Assembly: GCA_013265495.1 (NCBI GenBank)
Contig: MU058844.1
Coordinates: 12,484,184 to 12,548,183 of the forward strand
Direction: 5' to 3'
DNA length: 64,000 nt
DNA from: Vicugna vicugna
Taxonomy: Eukaryota
Part shown: in pieces, positions 11,076 to 23,764 of the stretch
Layout: each line of letters starts with the position of its first letter
Numbering within the stretch: position 1 is the stretch's first letter
Notes under the pieces: generated by a model
What the model was told of the DNA's origin: nothing
The model's database searches: none
Seen by the model: the letters and a program-made list of their open reading frames with translations, nothing else
Program-made: the position numbers and the translations under genes

Positions 11076-12084
11076 GAGAAATCACCAAATTCATTTCTAT
11101 TTCCATTTGTTCAACCCTTTCAAGGCTCTTTCAAGGCCTTGTGGGTGAAGGAGTTCCATAGTGTGTAATTGGTTTGCAAAAACCTCCTCTGTCCACATTT
11201 TGGAATATTTACTGTAATCCACTGCTGCAGCCAAGCTCACCATTTAACATCCTGTTAAACTAGTTATAAACTTCCACTGTCCAAGATTTGCATTTTCCTA
11301 GATGACTGTTATGGCACTTAATATCTCACCCTGCAGAAATTAATTCTGGATAGCTATTAATTTGGTTTTTTGTATTAAGATCAGTTTGATTAGTTCAATG
11401 TCCTTTCTGCCATGAAAATGCTCCTGAAATGAGAAAGTCCTGCTCAAAGCTCAAATATTTTTCTTCTTTTCATTTTCTCGTATTGATGAGTCACTGAAGA
11501 AGACACCACCAAATGGTCAGAGATCACATTCTGGTGGAATGGAAGAATTATAATTGTCAAAGTGTCCGTTCTGCCCAAGGTACTGCACCCAAATCTTTGT
11601 TTGTAAATAGCACCATGGTAGTCTTCAATTTGGGACCCTCTTCTGTATCAGCAGCCAATCTCTCCCCAACTGTGCCCTGAAGAACGAAACTATTGATAGA
11701 TACTCGGAGTCACATAAAGGTGGGCAATTATGGTAAAACAAAAACGGCTAACTTTTTTTAACTACAGGATTTGTTAGGGCCTTAAATTTGTGAGAGGAAA
11801 TACAGTAGATAAACAAATTCTTTAAAATGGGTTTGAGAGAGGGACGCTTTGTTTTTCCTTCGAGCACCTTACGAGAATAAGGTTCAGCAGACGTTACTTT
11901 GAGAAGCAATGAATTAATCTACCACATAACCCTCTAAAATTTTCTTAGTCTTCACTGAAAAGAAAAAGGATATTAGCTTCTTAGAGACCACAGATACTTC
12001 ATATCTGTAACCACAATGCCTGCCACAAAATGTGCACACAGTAAAAAACTGGGGGGAGGCACACTGGATGGATGAGTTAACACA

Positions 12085-12348
12085 ACTACCGTGGACCCGT
12101 GAATCAGCTGGACAACAGGCACGCCGACCCCCGACACAGCTGAAAATTCACATGTAACTTAGGTTCCGCCCCTTACCCTCAGTTCCTCCGTATTTGAAGT
12201 TCCTCCACATCCTGGTTCTGCATCCACATATTCAATTGACCCCAGATTGTGTAGCAGTACTGTAGTGTCTATTATTAAAAAAAGAAAATAATGTGTGTCT
12301 AAGTGGATTCACACAGTTCAAGCCTGTGTTGTTCAAGGGTCAACCATA
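12085..12348. mobile_element. TcMar-Tigger non-autonomous element (Tigger2/MER8-like)
   Basis: Terminus aagtggattcacacagttcaagcctgtgttgttcaagggtcaac and opposite end gccgacccccgacacagctgaaaattcacatgtaactt. Confidence 0.7.
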
Positions 12349-12639
12349 CATAATATTTTTAAAAACCCTTAAAGGACTTTCTCACTGCATGATTCTATGT
12401 ACATAACAGTTATTTAATAAATCATTGTGGTATAGCTTGTTTTTTGTTTTTAGTTTAGATGAATGACCTCCACTGTGCCATCAACACATATAAAAACGGA
12501 TGGAATTGTGACAATCCTGCTTCTAAACCTCCAGTGGCATTCCAGGCAGCATCTCCCTGACTCTTAGCATCCCTTCCCAGTCCTTTCACAGTCTGGTCCC
12601 AACTCGCCTCCCCAGCTGTGCTAGATATTGTCTACTGAC

Positions 12640-13070
12640 AGCAGCCTTTTCCATTCCCCTTCTGAGTTCTTCATCACAGGATGTGGAAGCCTGGGAACCA
12701 CTTTTCCAGTTCCCCTGGCTATCAGGTTCTAGATGAGCTTCTGTCAGTTAAATGCACTCATTGGAGATTTGGTATAGAGAAAGGAAGCTAAAGCTCTTCT
12801 TCCTCTTCCCCTGGAGCAACTCATGAACAGATCACAGCAGACTGAGTTTTTGTAGCAGCCATTCTTTATTCTACTGTCTAGTCCAAGACTATGTACCAGC
12901 TGTGATATTGGCGGTGGGTTTCACACTGGTCCCAACCATCAGGAAGAAACGGCATCCCCCTCCAACCTGTAGCAGCCATGGTGACACAACCTAAGCACTT
13001 TACAACAACCCCTATTTCTGCTTTCCATCCCTTCCAGCAATTTTATAAGCACTTAATTCTCCCTATTAAA
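12640..13070 (+). mobile_element. Old ERVL solo LTR (LTR33/LTR16-like)
   Basis: ccacttttccagttcccctggctatcaggttctagatg...aaatgcactcattggagatttgg, a motif typical of this class. Confidence 0.5.
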
Positions 13071-13716
13071 ACCACAATCCCGTTCCTGGGCATATATCCT
13101 GAGGGAACCTTAATTCAAAAAAGATACTTGCACCCCAATGTTCATAGCAGCAATATTTACAATAGCCCAAACAAGGAAACAACCTAAATGTCCATCAACA
13201 AATGACTTGATAAAGAAGCTATGGCATATTTACACAATGGAATACTACTCAGCCATAAAAAATAATAAAATAATGCTGTCTGCAGCAACATGGATGGACC
13301 TGGAGATTGTCATTCTAAGTGAAGTAAGCCAGAAAGAGAAAGAAAAATACCACATGATATCACTTATATGTGGAATCTAAAAAAAAAAAGACAAATGAAC
13401 CTATTTATAAAATAAAAACAGACTCACAGACATAGAAAACAAACTTAAAGTTACCAGGGTGGGAAGAGAGTAATAAGGGATAAACTGGGAGTTTGAGATT
13501 TGTAGATACTAACTAATATATATAAAATAGATAAACAAGGTCATACCATATAGCACAGGGAACTATATTCAATATCTCGTAGGTAAAAAAGAATATGAAA
13601 ATGAATATATGTATATTCATGTATCACTGAAGCATTATGCTGTACACCAGAAATTGACACAACATTGTAAACTGACTATACTTCAATTAAAAAAAAAATA
13701 TTTTTTTTAAAAAAAA
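13071..13716 (+). mobile_element. 5'-truncated L1 (ORF2 C-terminus plus 3'UTR)
   Basis: ORF 13138-13380 (MFIAAIFTIAQTRKQPKCPS...YHMISLICGI) is the L1 ORF2p C-terminus, followed by the L1 3'UTR and an A-rich tail. Confidence 0.95.
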
Positions 13717-14655
13717 CGTCCTATGAGAAATGCCTCTAATTTCAACACAAAGCCCAGCAGTCTCACCCCACCATGCCTCCCTCCTTCTCCTCCACCCACT
13801 CTGTCAAGCATTCCACTCTCCGGGCTCACATTCTTCATGTTCTTTTCTGCATCTGTGCCTTTGCACCAACCATCCTCTCTTCCCAAAATGCCCTCCTCCC
13901 AACCCATTTCTCTTACCCTATCAGACTAACTCTATGCATCTTCCAAAATCCAATTTAAATGTCCCTCCCTTGGGAAGAATGAGTTGTTTTCCCCACCATG
14001 CTGGGAGATCCTCCAAAGCAAGAACTGAGTTTTTCTCATCTAGTGCCTAGCACTGTGCCCAGTGAATACATGAATAAATGGTCAACCAAGCTGACAGCTA
14101 CATATTAATGCACCCTAAGTTATCAGGACAGCCGTTGCTTAACATGAAGGGCAACATGAAAATAGTGAGTACAATAAGCAGTATTTTCTCACCAGAATCA
14201 AATTATGCATAGCTCCACCTACCCTACCTAAATCACGCTAATCATTTATTCACTCCATAAACATTTACTGTTACTATGCAAATGGCAGTAGTCTCGGGGA
14301 GGGGGTGCAGTTTTCTTATCTCTCCCTTCCTTTTTCTCTTTTTAATAATAACAGAGAATTATAGATATATAGTGCCAAAAGGAAACTTGAAAATGATCAT
14401 ATTCACTCTATTAAACAGAGGGGACATAGAAGGGATGTAAGTGACTTGGCCTGGATCACACAGCTACTTAATCACAAAGCCGGACCAGAACACTAGACTC
14501 TGAGTAACGCAGTCCAGCACCCTTGTCCTACACAATGCCACTTATCAAGTGAACACAAAATCTTTTAAGGAGTGGTCCATACAAATCTATCCAATTTTCA
14601 GGATTTTTTTTAGACCCAGAAACTTGGGTTTGCAAAAAGTTGTGACTTTATTTCC

Positions 14656-15714
14656 CAGGCAGCCCTCTCTTTGCAAAGCAAGCTGAAATTGTGCAAAGCA
14701 ATCTTACCATCTGACATGGGTTTTGGGAAATGCAAATGGAGGTAGAGAAATGGAGGTGGGAGGAGGGCATTTTAGGCAGAAGGAATGTCTGGTGCAGAGG
14801 CACGGATACATTATTACAATTGTTCTGAGATCTTTAAAAATTTTTATCAAAATGTTACAACTTTTACCGTTGACTATAAATATTTAGAGAAATAATAAAA
14901 TAATAAAACTAATTTTGACTATGTGATTTGAAACATTAGAAACATTGAGAATTAAAGTGTTTTATTTCTTTATAAAAAACTTACAAAGAATAGTTTGAGC
15001 AGCATTTAGCTTCTCATCCTTAAATTACAAGGAGAACTGATCATTTGTTCTATGTCTTGATGGATTATCATACTCCTTCCTAAGTTTAGATCAGCTTCCA
15101 AATTTTATCCTTTGTACTTTCAATTCCATGAAATATCTCCACGAGTTCATTTAACATGATGTTCTTGCAGGCATCACTCTCTCTGGGGACATCTTTATCC
15201 TTTTCATCACAGTCACTCTCCTCACTTATATTGATAAATTCACCTTCATTAAGTTCCTCTAACTGCATCAGACGGTGGTCAACGTCCCCACTCAACTATT
15301 TCTTCCTAACTACATTAATGTTCAATTCAAATTTCCCCTCTAGGATTGTTGCTTTTTTCCCTTCTTGGCTTCACTTTCATCTTTCTTGGCCAATTCTTTT
15401 CTCTAAGTAATTAATTTTATTAGAATATCATGTGCTTGTATCATGGGGAAACACAGAGGCAACTTGGCGCATGAACAAGAGAATTTGAAAGAAATGACAT
15501 GATTGGGCATTGGTCACAACGGGATCTGTTGTTTATATACTGATCTATGGACTGAAACAGGGAATTTGCACTTTTATGCAACTGCTCACAGTGAACATAT
15601 CATATCACAGTAAAGGAAACTGGAACCATGTTACTGAGGGGCTAATGTTATTTAACTAAACTGTGGTAACTGACACGCCTGCATAACAGAACCATACAAA
15701 CCAAGGACTTCTTG
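14656..15714 (-). mobile_element. TcMar-Tigger DNA transposon fossil (Tigger13a-like)
   Basis: Degenerate inverted termini caggcagccctctctttgca... and ...acaaaccaaggacttcttg|ta. Minus-strand remnant EELNEGEFINISEESDCDEKDKDVP...LNELVEIFHGIESTKDK resembles a Tigger transposase C-terminus. Confidence 0.65.
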
Positions 15715-15799
15715 TATATATTCTGTGATTGAAACTCATTTCTAATTTACTCCTTCATTCAAAATTCTGGCAGAAATTAATCTCAGTTAATTCAGAATA

Positions 15800-17030
15800 A
15801 TATCAGTCAATTCAGCGCTCCCTCAACATACACTTCCTGCCACTCTCTGGAAGCAGTACTTTTAATGACAAGTATTTAAAAATGTAATTCAAACAGGCTT
15901 AAACAAGAAAGGGCCTTGTTCCATCATTCAAAAATCCAAAAATGACAAATGCTGGAGAGGCTGTGGAGAAAGGGGAACCCTCCTACACTGCTGGTGGGAA
16001 TGCAGTTTGGTGCAGCCACTATGGAAAACAGTGTGGAGATTCCTCAAAAGACTAGGAATAGACTTACCATATGACCCAGGAATCCCACTCCTGGGCTTGT
16101 ACCCAGAAGGAAATCTACTTCAGGATGACACCTGCACCCCAATGTTCACAGCAGCACTATTTACAATAGCCAAAACATGGAAACAACCTAAATGTCCATC
16201 AACAGGTGACTGGATAAAGAAGATGTGGTATATTTATACAATGGAATACTACTCAGCCATAAAAACCGACAACATAATGCCATTTGCAGCAACATGGATG
16301 ATCCTAGAGAATGTCATTCTAAGTGAAGTAAGCCAGAAAGAGAAAGAAAAATACCATATGAGATCGCTCATATGTGGAATCTAAAAAACAAAAACAAACA
16401 AAAACAAAGCATAAATACAGGACAGAAATAGACTCATGGACAGAGAATACAGACTTGTGGTTATGGGGGGGGTAGAGGGTGGGAAGGGATAGACTGGGAT
16501 TTCAAAATTGTAGAATAGATAAACAAGATTACACTGTATAGCACAGGGAAATATACACAAAATGTTATGATAAATCACAGAGAAAAAAAAAAAAAAGAAA
16601 GGGCCTTGTTTGCTTATAGCACTAAAAGCACAGAGGTAGGACCATGATTGCAGCTCATTTTTACTTCCGTTCCTTCGGTCCTGCGTTACTTCTTGCAACG
16701 TGTGTCTGTTTTATGCACAGGCTGCAGCAATCACAGTTCCACTTGAGCCAAGTACAAAGGAAGAAAAAAAGAAACTCTTCAGAAGTTCTTCCAGAGGAGT
16801 AAGAAAGAACTTTCTCAGAGTTTCCCAGAAAATCTCTCCTCAGTTCTTATTGGCTCAAACTGTGTTATATGTCCATTTCTAGACCAATTACTGACAAGGG
16901 ATATAGGATTACCTTCATTCCATTGAGACCTGTCTTTGGAATTGAAGTACATGGGCTCCTTAGGGGTGGAACTGACACTTGAACAAAATTTGGGTTCTAT
17001 TAGAACGGAAAAGAGCAGGAAACTGATGCT
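15800..17030 (-). mobile_element. Old MaLR LTR (MLT1J/K-like) split by the L1 above
   Basis: aattcaaacaggcttaaacaagaaaggg on the left and cttattggctcaaactgtgttatatgtccatttctagaccaattactg on the right are reversed MLT1 motifs. Confidence 0.45.
15921..16594 (+). mobile_element. Young L1 fragment with a perfect 16-bp TSD, lacking the normal 3' terminus
   Basis: Uninterrupted ORF2 C-terminal frame (16007-16384). TSD AAGAAAGGGCCTTGTT at 15905-15920 and 16595-16610. Confidence 0.95.
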
Positions 17031-17569
17031 AACTAGGAAAAGCAATTTCACTATAGCCCCGCCCCTCCTCCCTGCAGGGACACATGGCATCAAGGCATGG
17101 GGAAGGACAAACTGGTTCTCAGTCCTGATCTGTTCAAACTGACATCAGCTCAAATGTACATGTTTCCTTCCACTCTTTGGTCCCTATTACCTTTGTGGCA
17201 TCCACTGTGACTTCCTTGGACACCAAGTCCATCCCCCCTGGCACTCTCTCTGCTGGGCCTTCCTCATCCCACCACAAGGCGTCTCCAAGTCTGCTGGTTC
17301 TCAAGCCCACGTTCATTCACCACACCACTTACAGCCCCTAGGAAAACCGCTAGTCTTCTAGGACGGTGATCTTTCATCTGCTTTGAGCACAACTCAGAGG
17401 CCCAGGAGAGGCCTGTGCGGCTGTCTCTGAGTCTCTCTGCTAAGACGGTTTCAGCTAAGACTGGGCCATGGTGTCAATTTTGTTGAGTCTGCCCCTTTGA
17501 AGCCACCATTTGTAAAGCTTCAACTTGATGTGCAAAATAACTAGCTTTACAACCTTGCAAGGCCACTCC

Positions 17570-18200
17570 GGTACAGTGTTTCAATCCTTTAGAGGGCAGA
17601 AATCTTGGAGAAACTCTTTGTCTTATACACAGAGACACACATGAAGGTGTTTATAGTTCCATTGCTTGCAACAACAAGAAGCTATTAATGGACTAAAGTT
17701 CCACGACATGGATTAAGTGTGATCTAATCATATCCTATGCTACTATTCAACACTTTAAATGTTATAACCAGATCTAAATGCATCAACATGGATACAACTA
17801 AAAAACATAATGCTGAGTGGGAAAAGTAAGTTGTCAAAAAATATACATTTTACATATACATAATGTAAACATATACATATGTATATGTTTAAAGTCCTTT
17901 GTAATAAATGTATAAAAGAATAGATACAGGGAATATACACTAGCACCAGAATAGGGTTACGTCTAGAAAGGCATGGGTTTAAAGGGGAATGAGATGGGAT
18001 TGGTGGATGTGCTTCAATTGCAGCTGTGATTTTGTTTTTTTCTTTTTTAACAAAGGGCCCTGAGGTTAATACGGCAAATATTAACAGCTGGTATTTCTGG
18101 GATATAGGAACTCATGTCTTTGTTATATTAATCTCTGTACTTTTCTGTATGTTGGAAATATTTTATAATTTTTAAATTAAAATACTTATTTTTAATATAA
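17570..18200 (+). mobile_element. Ancient L1ME-type 3' end
   Basis: catcaacatggatacaactaaaaaacataatgctgagtgggaaaagtaagttg...ctgtacttttctgtatgttggaaatattttataat. Confidence 0.6.
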
Positions 18201-18289
18201 TAATTTTAGAAAATGATTACCATCTGTTGACTCCAACAGTTCCTAGATTTGGGGGTTTTATGGGCGTGGGAGGCTGTATTATCAGTCAG

Positions 18290-18640
18290 AATATCTGCTG
18301 CTTTTTCCTGGAGGAAGTTTGTACTTCCTCGCTGTATTGAACTCAGCAAAGGCCATGACTTACTTTTTCCAAAGAAATGTAGATGGAAGTGATGCGTGGC
18401 CCTGGGAGCAGAAGTTTTAAAAGAATGCTTGTGGTCTTCTATGTCTGCTTTTTCCTCTGCCAAAAATCCAGGTGTCCTGGAGAAGGGCTGCTCTCTCACT
18501 GTCTTAAGGAAGCAGCAGAGACGTAGCCAACCTGCAGTGAACATGTAGTACAGGCAGAAATAAAACTCTGTTCTCAAAGCACTGAGATTTGAGGTTGTTT
18601 ACTACCTTAGCCTGATTTAGGCTACCTAACTTGCACAGTT
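18290..18640 (+). mobile_element. MaLR LTR (MLT1I/J-like)
   Basis: 3' end gaacatgtagtacaggcagaaataaaactctgttctcaaagcactgagatttgaggttgtttact. Confidence 0.6.
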
Positions 18641-19994
18641 TAAAAGGCACTATAAATAATGAGGGACCAACACAGCATGGGTTTTCAAAATCACTACTGA
18701 TATCACCTAGCACAGTCTTTTTTTTTTTCCCCAGTGCAGAAGACATTATAGCAAAATAAGGAAGAGTTATTTAAACTCAGTAAATTAAACACTTTGAAAA
18801 CTTAACCATGCCCCCCTCAGCCGCTACCACCACAGTCCAACTTGGTATCAGACTTATGGAAAGCTTCGCCATAGACTGGCTATAGGGCTAAGCCAGTTAT
18901 TTTAATCTGGGATGTGGGAAGACTTTGCAAGGGATAGGTATGTATTCAAATAATTTAAAGGAAATCAACTTTCTTTGTATCTTCAAATTCCATTTATACT
19001 CACTTCTAAAACTGATAATCTTAGTAATTTCTAAAAATGATAAACTCCATAGCCCCAGTGATCTCCGGCCAGCTGTTGTGCTGGTATAGCTGTGATGTAA
19101 TGTCATACTCTGTTGTGTTGTATTATACATTATACATTATACTGTATGTTACTCTGTTCCCATCTCCACCTTCTCCCATTAAAAAAGAATTTACTTTCCA
19201 CACAACCAAAGGTTACAAAGGTACACTACTTGGAATATAGAAATCCATGAGACATCCATCACAGGGGCAATTTTAAATACTGGTATCTGTGCTGAGAAAG
19301 TAAATGATTCTAATGACTGGATTTCTAATCCTTTTGCAGGTCAGGTAGCTTCCAATTCTTTTTCTCTTAATAGCACTGGAGCAAAACTAAGCCAGCTACC
19401 CAGTGATCAAAATTAAAATGATTAAAAAATATATCTTGAAAGAATCCTAGGTCACATTTAGCAAGTAACTTAGAAATCATTCACAGAATTGAGTTACGCT
19501 GTCTCATAAAATTTCTTCCAGTCCCATTGCTTATTGCTATGAATGAAGTTTCTTGAAGTTTAAAACTAGAAAAAAATGATAACTACAGAGAATATTGATA
19601 CTGACCCTTCTCTCATTCTAGCAAAACCGAATATTCACCGTAGGTAATTGAACTAATTTTTAGCAATCCCTATATATCTCACTAAGAGGCAAATTGCCAA
19701 ATAAAACACTTGCTCTTTAATTTTTAATAATTATTAATCAACATTTATAATATATTTGTGTTTTAATCAATTGTGTGCTAAAAAAATACAGATAACTAAA
19801 GCTTATAGTCACAGAAATATTTTGTAATTTAAATTCTAATGTACATACTTATTTTTGTTACAGAGAAATATATATGTATAAAATGTAATATATATAGCAT
19901 TATACGTATAACATAGACTCATATATGATACATATGCACATAACATTACAATATAAATCTTTTGGAAAAGTGGAATTCAAATATAAGTTTAAGG

Positions 19995-20187
19995 TTGGGG
20001 AGGGTTTGGCTCAAGTGGTAGAGCTTAGCATGCATGAGGTGCACCCATGAGGTGCTGGGTCAACCCCCAGTACCTCCTCTAAAAATAAATAAACCTTATT
20101 ACTTCTCACCCCAACCCCTCACCAAAATAAAATAATTAAAGAATACAGTAATAAATAAGTAAATAAATATTTTAAATATATACATAT
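19995..20187 (+). mobile_element. tRNA-derived SINE, Vic-1-like, with 14-bp TSD
   Basis: TSD ATATAAGTTTAAGG at 19981-19994 and 20188-20201. A-box and B-box remnants, with an internal catgaggtgc duplication. Confidence 0.9.
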
Positions 20188-20916
20188 ATATAAGTTTAAG
20201 GATGAAAAGGAATTATGTGAAAATTACTTATTTAAAATTTCTTGCTCATGTAATATTAAAATGGCTGGTGATGTATATTAAATCCCTTTGGCATTTAGAT
20301 TCCATTGTATACATTTAAAGGAGTGAGTGATGACGCAGTTTTATTTTAAAATGTCTATCTCCACAACCACAGGAAAATATTCGTTACAATCATTTTAAAC
20401 GTATAATTAAAATTTTTACCTACAAACTTAAAAGTATACTCGAAAATTATTCTAGGAGGTCATGAGCAAAGCCGTCCACAGATCACTGTCATATTCTCAG
20501 AGGATGGACCCTCTCACGCCCATCCTTCAGCCTCCAGTAGGCTCCCAGCATTGTCCACATGGTGGCAGTAGTGTCCATGAAGAAGGATGGATTTCCAAAT
20601 CTAGATGACTTCTAAATCATTCCCATATTTCATTTGCAATCAGCATGTTAAGTAAACAGTTTACATATTGCATTAGGGCAATAAAATGTCCACTGTGACC
20701 TACCACTGCTGAATTTCAAAATATTTCATTAAATTTTCCAGTCATATAACAAATAACAGACAAATAGGAAAACTATCCTATAAATACCAGGGCTATGTAA
20801 ATCTCTTTTCACCCACCTGGGAATGACCCAGACATTAAATTCATCTTTTACACTCCTCTTTGCTTTTCTCCTCCTCACTGCTTACGCAGTCTCTGCCCAC
20901 CCCCACCCCCAGCTTC

Positions 20917-20931
20917 AGTTGCTAAGCAACT
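20917..20931. promoter_or_regulatory. Candidate RFX X-box palindrome
   Basis: AGTTGCT-A-AGCAACT next to tandem CCACCC boxes. Confidence 0.45.
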
Positions 20932-23070
20932 AAAAGAGCTTTGTTGTTTTTGAACACTAACCATTAGCTGCCCTCATTTTCTCTAATGAGAACATGGCTG
21001 CAGACCAAATTACCTCCTTTTCCTGAAAGACAGAGCAGGATGCTTATGACTTATGCTAATAGAAAGGCAAATCACATCCCAAAAGATAAACGCCGGAAAA
21101 GGAAACCCAGAGTGCTCGAGCAACTCTGAACACAATACCCAAACACTGTACTAATGGTTCAGTTTGCCTTGTTAAAGAATCATGATATTATTGAGCACCT
21201 ATTATATGCTAGGCACTGGGCTAAGTGTTTGAGGTTTATTATTTCTTTTAATCTTCAAAATATAATTTCTTGTATACACAACTGTGTTTTGGAAGGTTTT
21301 TACAACATAGGACAGAGTAACTTCATAAGATTTGGTTGGGTGCAGGTTCATTGGGTTTTTTGTTTTTTTTTTTTTTGAAAGGACTATTTCTAAAAGGAAA
21401 GTGGGAATAGAAAGTTTTGGCAGATACCCATTCACCAGTCATCCTTAGGCAAATCTGTTTTTTTTACTTTAATTTTTATTTTAATTTTTCAGATCAGAAA
21501 GCTGAGGCCCACTGAAGTTAAATGATTTCCTAAGTCAGAAGCCAACAAATGGCTGATTTAGATTCCGTCAGGCTCTCCCACCACTATGACGCACTGCCTC
21601 GTGCTCATACTAGGTTCAGAACGTTGCAGGAATTTCTGTCTTAGCTCATTAATTCATAAAAAGGTGTGCTGCATCTGACAGGTAAAAGTATGATGAGAAT
21701 TTCTACAGTAAAACTGTGGCAGGCTCTTCTCCATATACAAAATGAATGTTCTCAGTCTCTGTGTAAGCAGACAGACTGACCTGAGTTTAAACCTTGCTTT
21801 GCCACTCTTATTACCTGAAAAAGTGAGATCATTAGTTACCTCCTCACTTTGAGCCTCAGTTTCTCCTCAAAAAACAAAAAACAAAAACAAAAACAAAGAG
21901 CATCTATTGCATAGGTATGATGTGAAAATTAATGTATGTTAGTCATGGTATTTTCAACTGTAGCAACAAATGGATAGCCAAATGTATGACAGCTCAAACT
22001 GTACACGAGCTTTCTTCTCATTCTCACTGTAGCTCCAGGTAGGCATGCCCCTTTGGCAGCACACCTCTCCTTCAAGGTGGCAGGCTGCTAGGAGTTGATC
22101 GACCTTCAGCAAGTGACTTTCAATGTCACCCTGGGCATCAGCTCCATACAGGTCAGCCAGACATGGAAAAGGTTCAGACAAAGCAAGTTTGGGGGGGCTT
22201 TTTAAAGTCAGATCTGGAAGCGGGACACCCTACTTCCACTCACAGTCTATCTGCTGGAGCTCAGGCATATATGCATCCATCTGCAAGAGGCTGGGGGATG
22301 TAACGTGGCTGAGGGTCCAAGGAGAAAAGACCCTAGAATTTGGGAAACATCTCTGCCAAGAGATCATGTTTCTGTGACCGTTTCTAACCACACACAACAT
22401 AAGAGTTCAGCAAATGTTAGTTTCTTCCTTTCTTCCCTCCCTCCCTCCTTCCTTTCTTGTTTTTTTCTTTCTCTATCATCTATTCATTATACAGAAAATA
22501 TTTCCTATATAAGAAATAACCATTGGCTACAGCATGATACCTCTTCAATTGACATTGAAGCAGTAAAATAGAGATGAGATGATTTTTATAATAAACAACG
22601 TTTTTGTCAAGCAGGAATCTAAGTCTAGTCAATAAACATCAGCTATTTTCATTATGATTACAATTTCTTCTTTTCTAAGTTGTCATCAGCCATAAAATAC
22701 TTGATCTACTACTCCACGAAATGAAGGACTATTCAAAACTATCCTGGATTCTCCACGTTTCCCTTTGCAAGTATTCTAGAATACTGTAAGTTCTCAGAGT
22801 TGGAAGGGCCTCTCAAGGTCAATTTATCAAATTTCCTCAGTTTGGAGATGAGAAAAATGAAGTGCAAAGTGAAGGGACGTGCCCAGAATCACACAGCTGG
22901 TCCATGGCAGGGCTGGGGAATTTGACATCTAGTCAAGGTCTTATCAGTGATCAAGGAATGGTTGTAATTATTGAAGAGGTGCATGCAAGCGCTTTGAGAA
23001 CCCAGAGGAGCTTAACAGGAGGTAGATACAATCCTGACTCCCCCTGAAGGCTGATGTTAAAATGCCATTT

Positions 23071-23197
23071 GGGGTGGAGAGTATAGCTCAGTGGTAGAGC
23101 GTGTTCTTAGTGTGCACGAGGTCCTGAGTTCAATCCCAAGTACATTCGTTAAGGGAAATAAAAAAAGAAGGAAGGTCTCTGAAATTTAAAAGGTAAA
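23071..23197 (+). mobile_element. tRNA-derived SINE, Vic-1-related variant with a different tail
   Basis: tatagctcagtggtagagc...gagttcaatccc. Imperfect TSD aaaatgccattt / aaaatgccaattt. Confidence 0.85.
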
Positions 23198-23529
23198 AAA
23201 ATGCCAATTTTATCTAGAATCAACATCACTTTTGGTTGAAATCATTTATCAAATTAGCTAAATAATTTCAAGGTAAGAAAAAAAACTAGAAGAGTTAACT
23301 TTTGATGCGGGGACAAAGTGAGAATTGGGGAAAGTATAGACCAGGGTGTGAGGAGGGGTTTTGAAAGACAAACCCAAGTGGAGCAGAAGACATTTGAACA
23401 GAGCAGGGACAGGGTGGTGGCAGTTGAGGGAGGTGCGGGGCTGAGTAGCCAAGAAGCAACATAAAGCCTTTGAACATCTCAGAGAAAGGGTCTTTTAACC
23501 TTATGTATTAAACAGATGTCAGTTTATGT

Positions 23530-23567
<38 letters not shown>

Positions 23568-23764
23568 AGACCATTTTAAAGATGAACAAGTTAATGATCA
23601 GAGAACAAAATGATTTTCCAAGAGAAATAGGAGAACAAGAATTTGAACATGGTCTTTTGACTTTGAAGCCACTAAACTTTCAACTAACGTATGTTATAGG
23701 AAACAGAGCATTGAGTTACCAAAGACAAACTTCATTCACTTCATGATTGCATTGTTACAGGCCA

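Noticed and set aside
15086..15295. Acidic 69-aa ORF resembling a domesticated transposase (TIGD-like)
   Set aside because: A short remnant inside a decayed non-autonomous Tigger element, with no DDE domain or long frame.
16007..16384. 125-aa ORF as a host gene
   Set aside because: It is the L1 ORF2p C-terminus of a promoterless truncated insertion.
20555..20568. CTCF-like CCACATGGTGGCAG
   Set aside because: It mismatches the central YAG of the core and is too weak to report without a PWM score.
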